64,000 bases of DNA, from NCBI GenBank assembly GCA_050575255.1, contig JBNZDD010013595.1:117846-181845 (forward strand), in the 5' to 3' direction. Position numbers and translations under genes: made by a program. This document shows positions 63,086 through 64,000 of the stretch, one piece after another. This DNA comes from Harriotta raleighana (taxonomy: Eukaryota). The stretch's first letter is position 1, and each line of letters starts with the position of its first letter. A model generated the notes under the pieces. It ran no database searches and was not told where the DNA came from. It saw nothing but the letters and a program-made list of their open reading frames with translations.

Positions 63086-63819
63086 CCATATAAAGATTAA
63101 ATTTAAGACTATTTTCCAAAGTTCCATCAGACGTTACATTTTAGGACAATGGTATTAAGTTTAACATATTATATTGCATTGGAAGCTTTATGTTATATTG
63201 CATCCTGGAGCTGCCAAATCTCCCTCGCACAGCTTTAATTATAACTCTTCCAATTGTTTGCTAAGGACCAGCATTTTCATGGTAATTTCAATTTCACGTT
63301 ACAGTATGATAAGCATTTATATAGGGCGATTCAGAACTCCTTACCCATACAGTTTTTATTTATTAATTCTGTTTTTTTTTTAAAAACAACAGCTATTACA
63401 GTGTACAGCTATTACCGGAGATGTAGTTCATCTGATGCGTGAATGCGTTAGTCACCAAGATGATAAATTTAAATGTCTATATGGCATGCAGTTTGAACAT
63501 CTCATATAGACTTATGAGTGAGGAGGTTTGAGTCACCTCTGTATCTTTTCATGTTGGGAGGACAACTCAAAGCGCTCAACAGTGCTGTTATTGTCAGGGT
63601 TCAACAGTTGTTTTAAACCAGTTTGAGATACTACAGTATATGTTATATTGTTTTTCAAAACTATATGTCATATTGCATGTCTAATCGACAAGCTATCCAT
63701 GCTCTATAGCCTGCAAATGAGCACTATTAATGGTCGAGTTTTCTTTTTCTGCTTCCTGTGTTCAATGCAGACTTTATTTATTTCGCCCACAAATATCCAA
63801 TCAATTTTTTTCCTACTTT

Positions 63820-63957
63820 CCTTCCCCTCTCCCCCACCCCCTCCCCCCTCAGCCCCCTCCCCACCGCTCTGATTCCTACTTGACTGTACAGCGCTTTGGG
63901 ACATCCTCCCGACGTGAAAGGCGCTATATAAATGTAATTTTGATTGATTGATTGATT
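63820..63957 (+). mobile_element. L2 type A 3' tail ending in (ttga)n
   Basis: C-rich UTR plus cagcgctttgggacatcctcccgacgtgaaaggcgctatataaatgtaatttt. Confidence 0.88.
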
Positions 63958-64000
63958 TATGCTACATTCTGTGAAGCAATTTGAAATGCCTCTGCGACTT

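Noticed and set aside
1-64000. CRISPR array, prokaryotic operon, rRNA or endogenous viral gene
   Set aside because: No regularly spaced repeat-spacer array, no gene-dense coding structure and no recognisable rRNA or viral motifs; the repeats are dispersed retroposon tails

Overview
This is eukaryotic, repeat-rich vertebrate DNA, either intronic or intergenic, and I can find no host protein-coding exon that I recognise. The repeat landscape points by inference to a cartilaginous fish, probably a chimaera (holocephalan). It consists of many 5'-truncated or decayed L2-clade LINEs of at least three tail types, shark-type CR1 LINE ends, an abundant young tRNA-headed SINE with a (TTA)n tail, older Deu-domain (SacSINE1/AmnSINE1-like) SINEs and TA-flanked Tigger/pogo-like MITEs. 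Every recognisable peptide in the ORF track is LINE ORF2 debris or a translation of the SINE. Three single-N joins carry flanking duplications and look like assembly artefacts. I see no evidence for a new gene-encoded system. The most interesting signals are structural: (1) a roughly 400 bp fold-back element hidden by a SINE inserted at its centre (54405-55095); (2) a perfect 19-bp-arm hairpin created at a SINE insertion junction (4587-4630); (3) a young SINE that looks like a re-headed, core-deleted Deu-SINE; (4) co-varying 3' stem-loops with family-specific loops; (5) several unclassified dispersed repeats and candidate conserved non-coding elements. Family names come from recalled consensus sequences rather than a database search, and boundaries of decayed copies are approximate.
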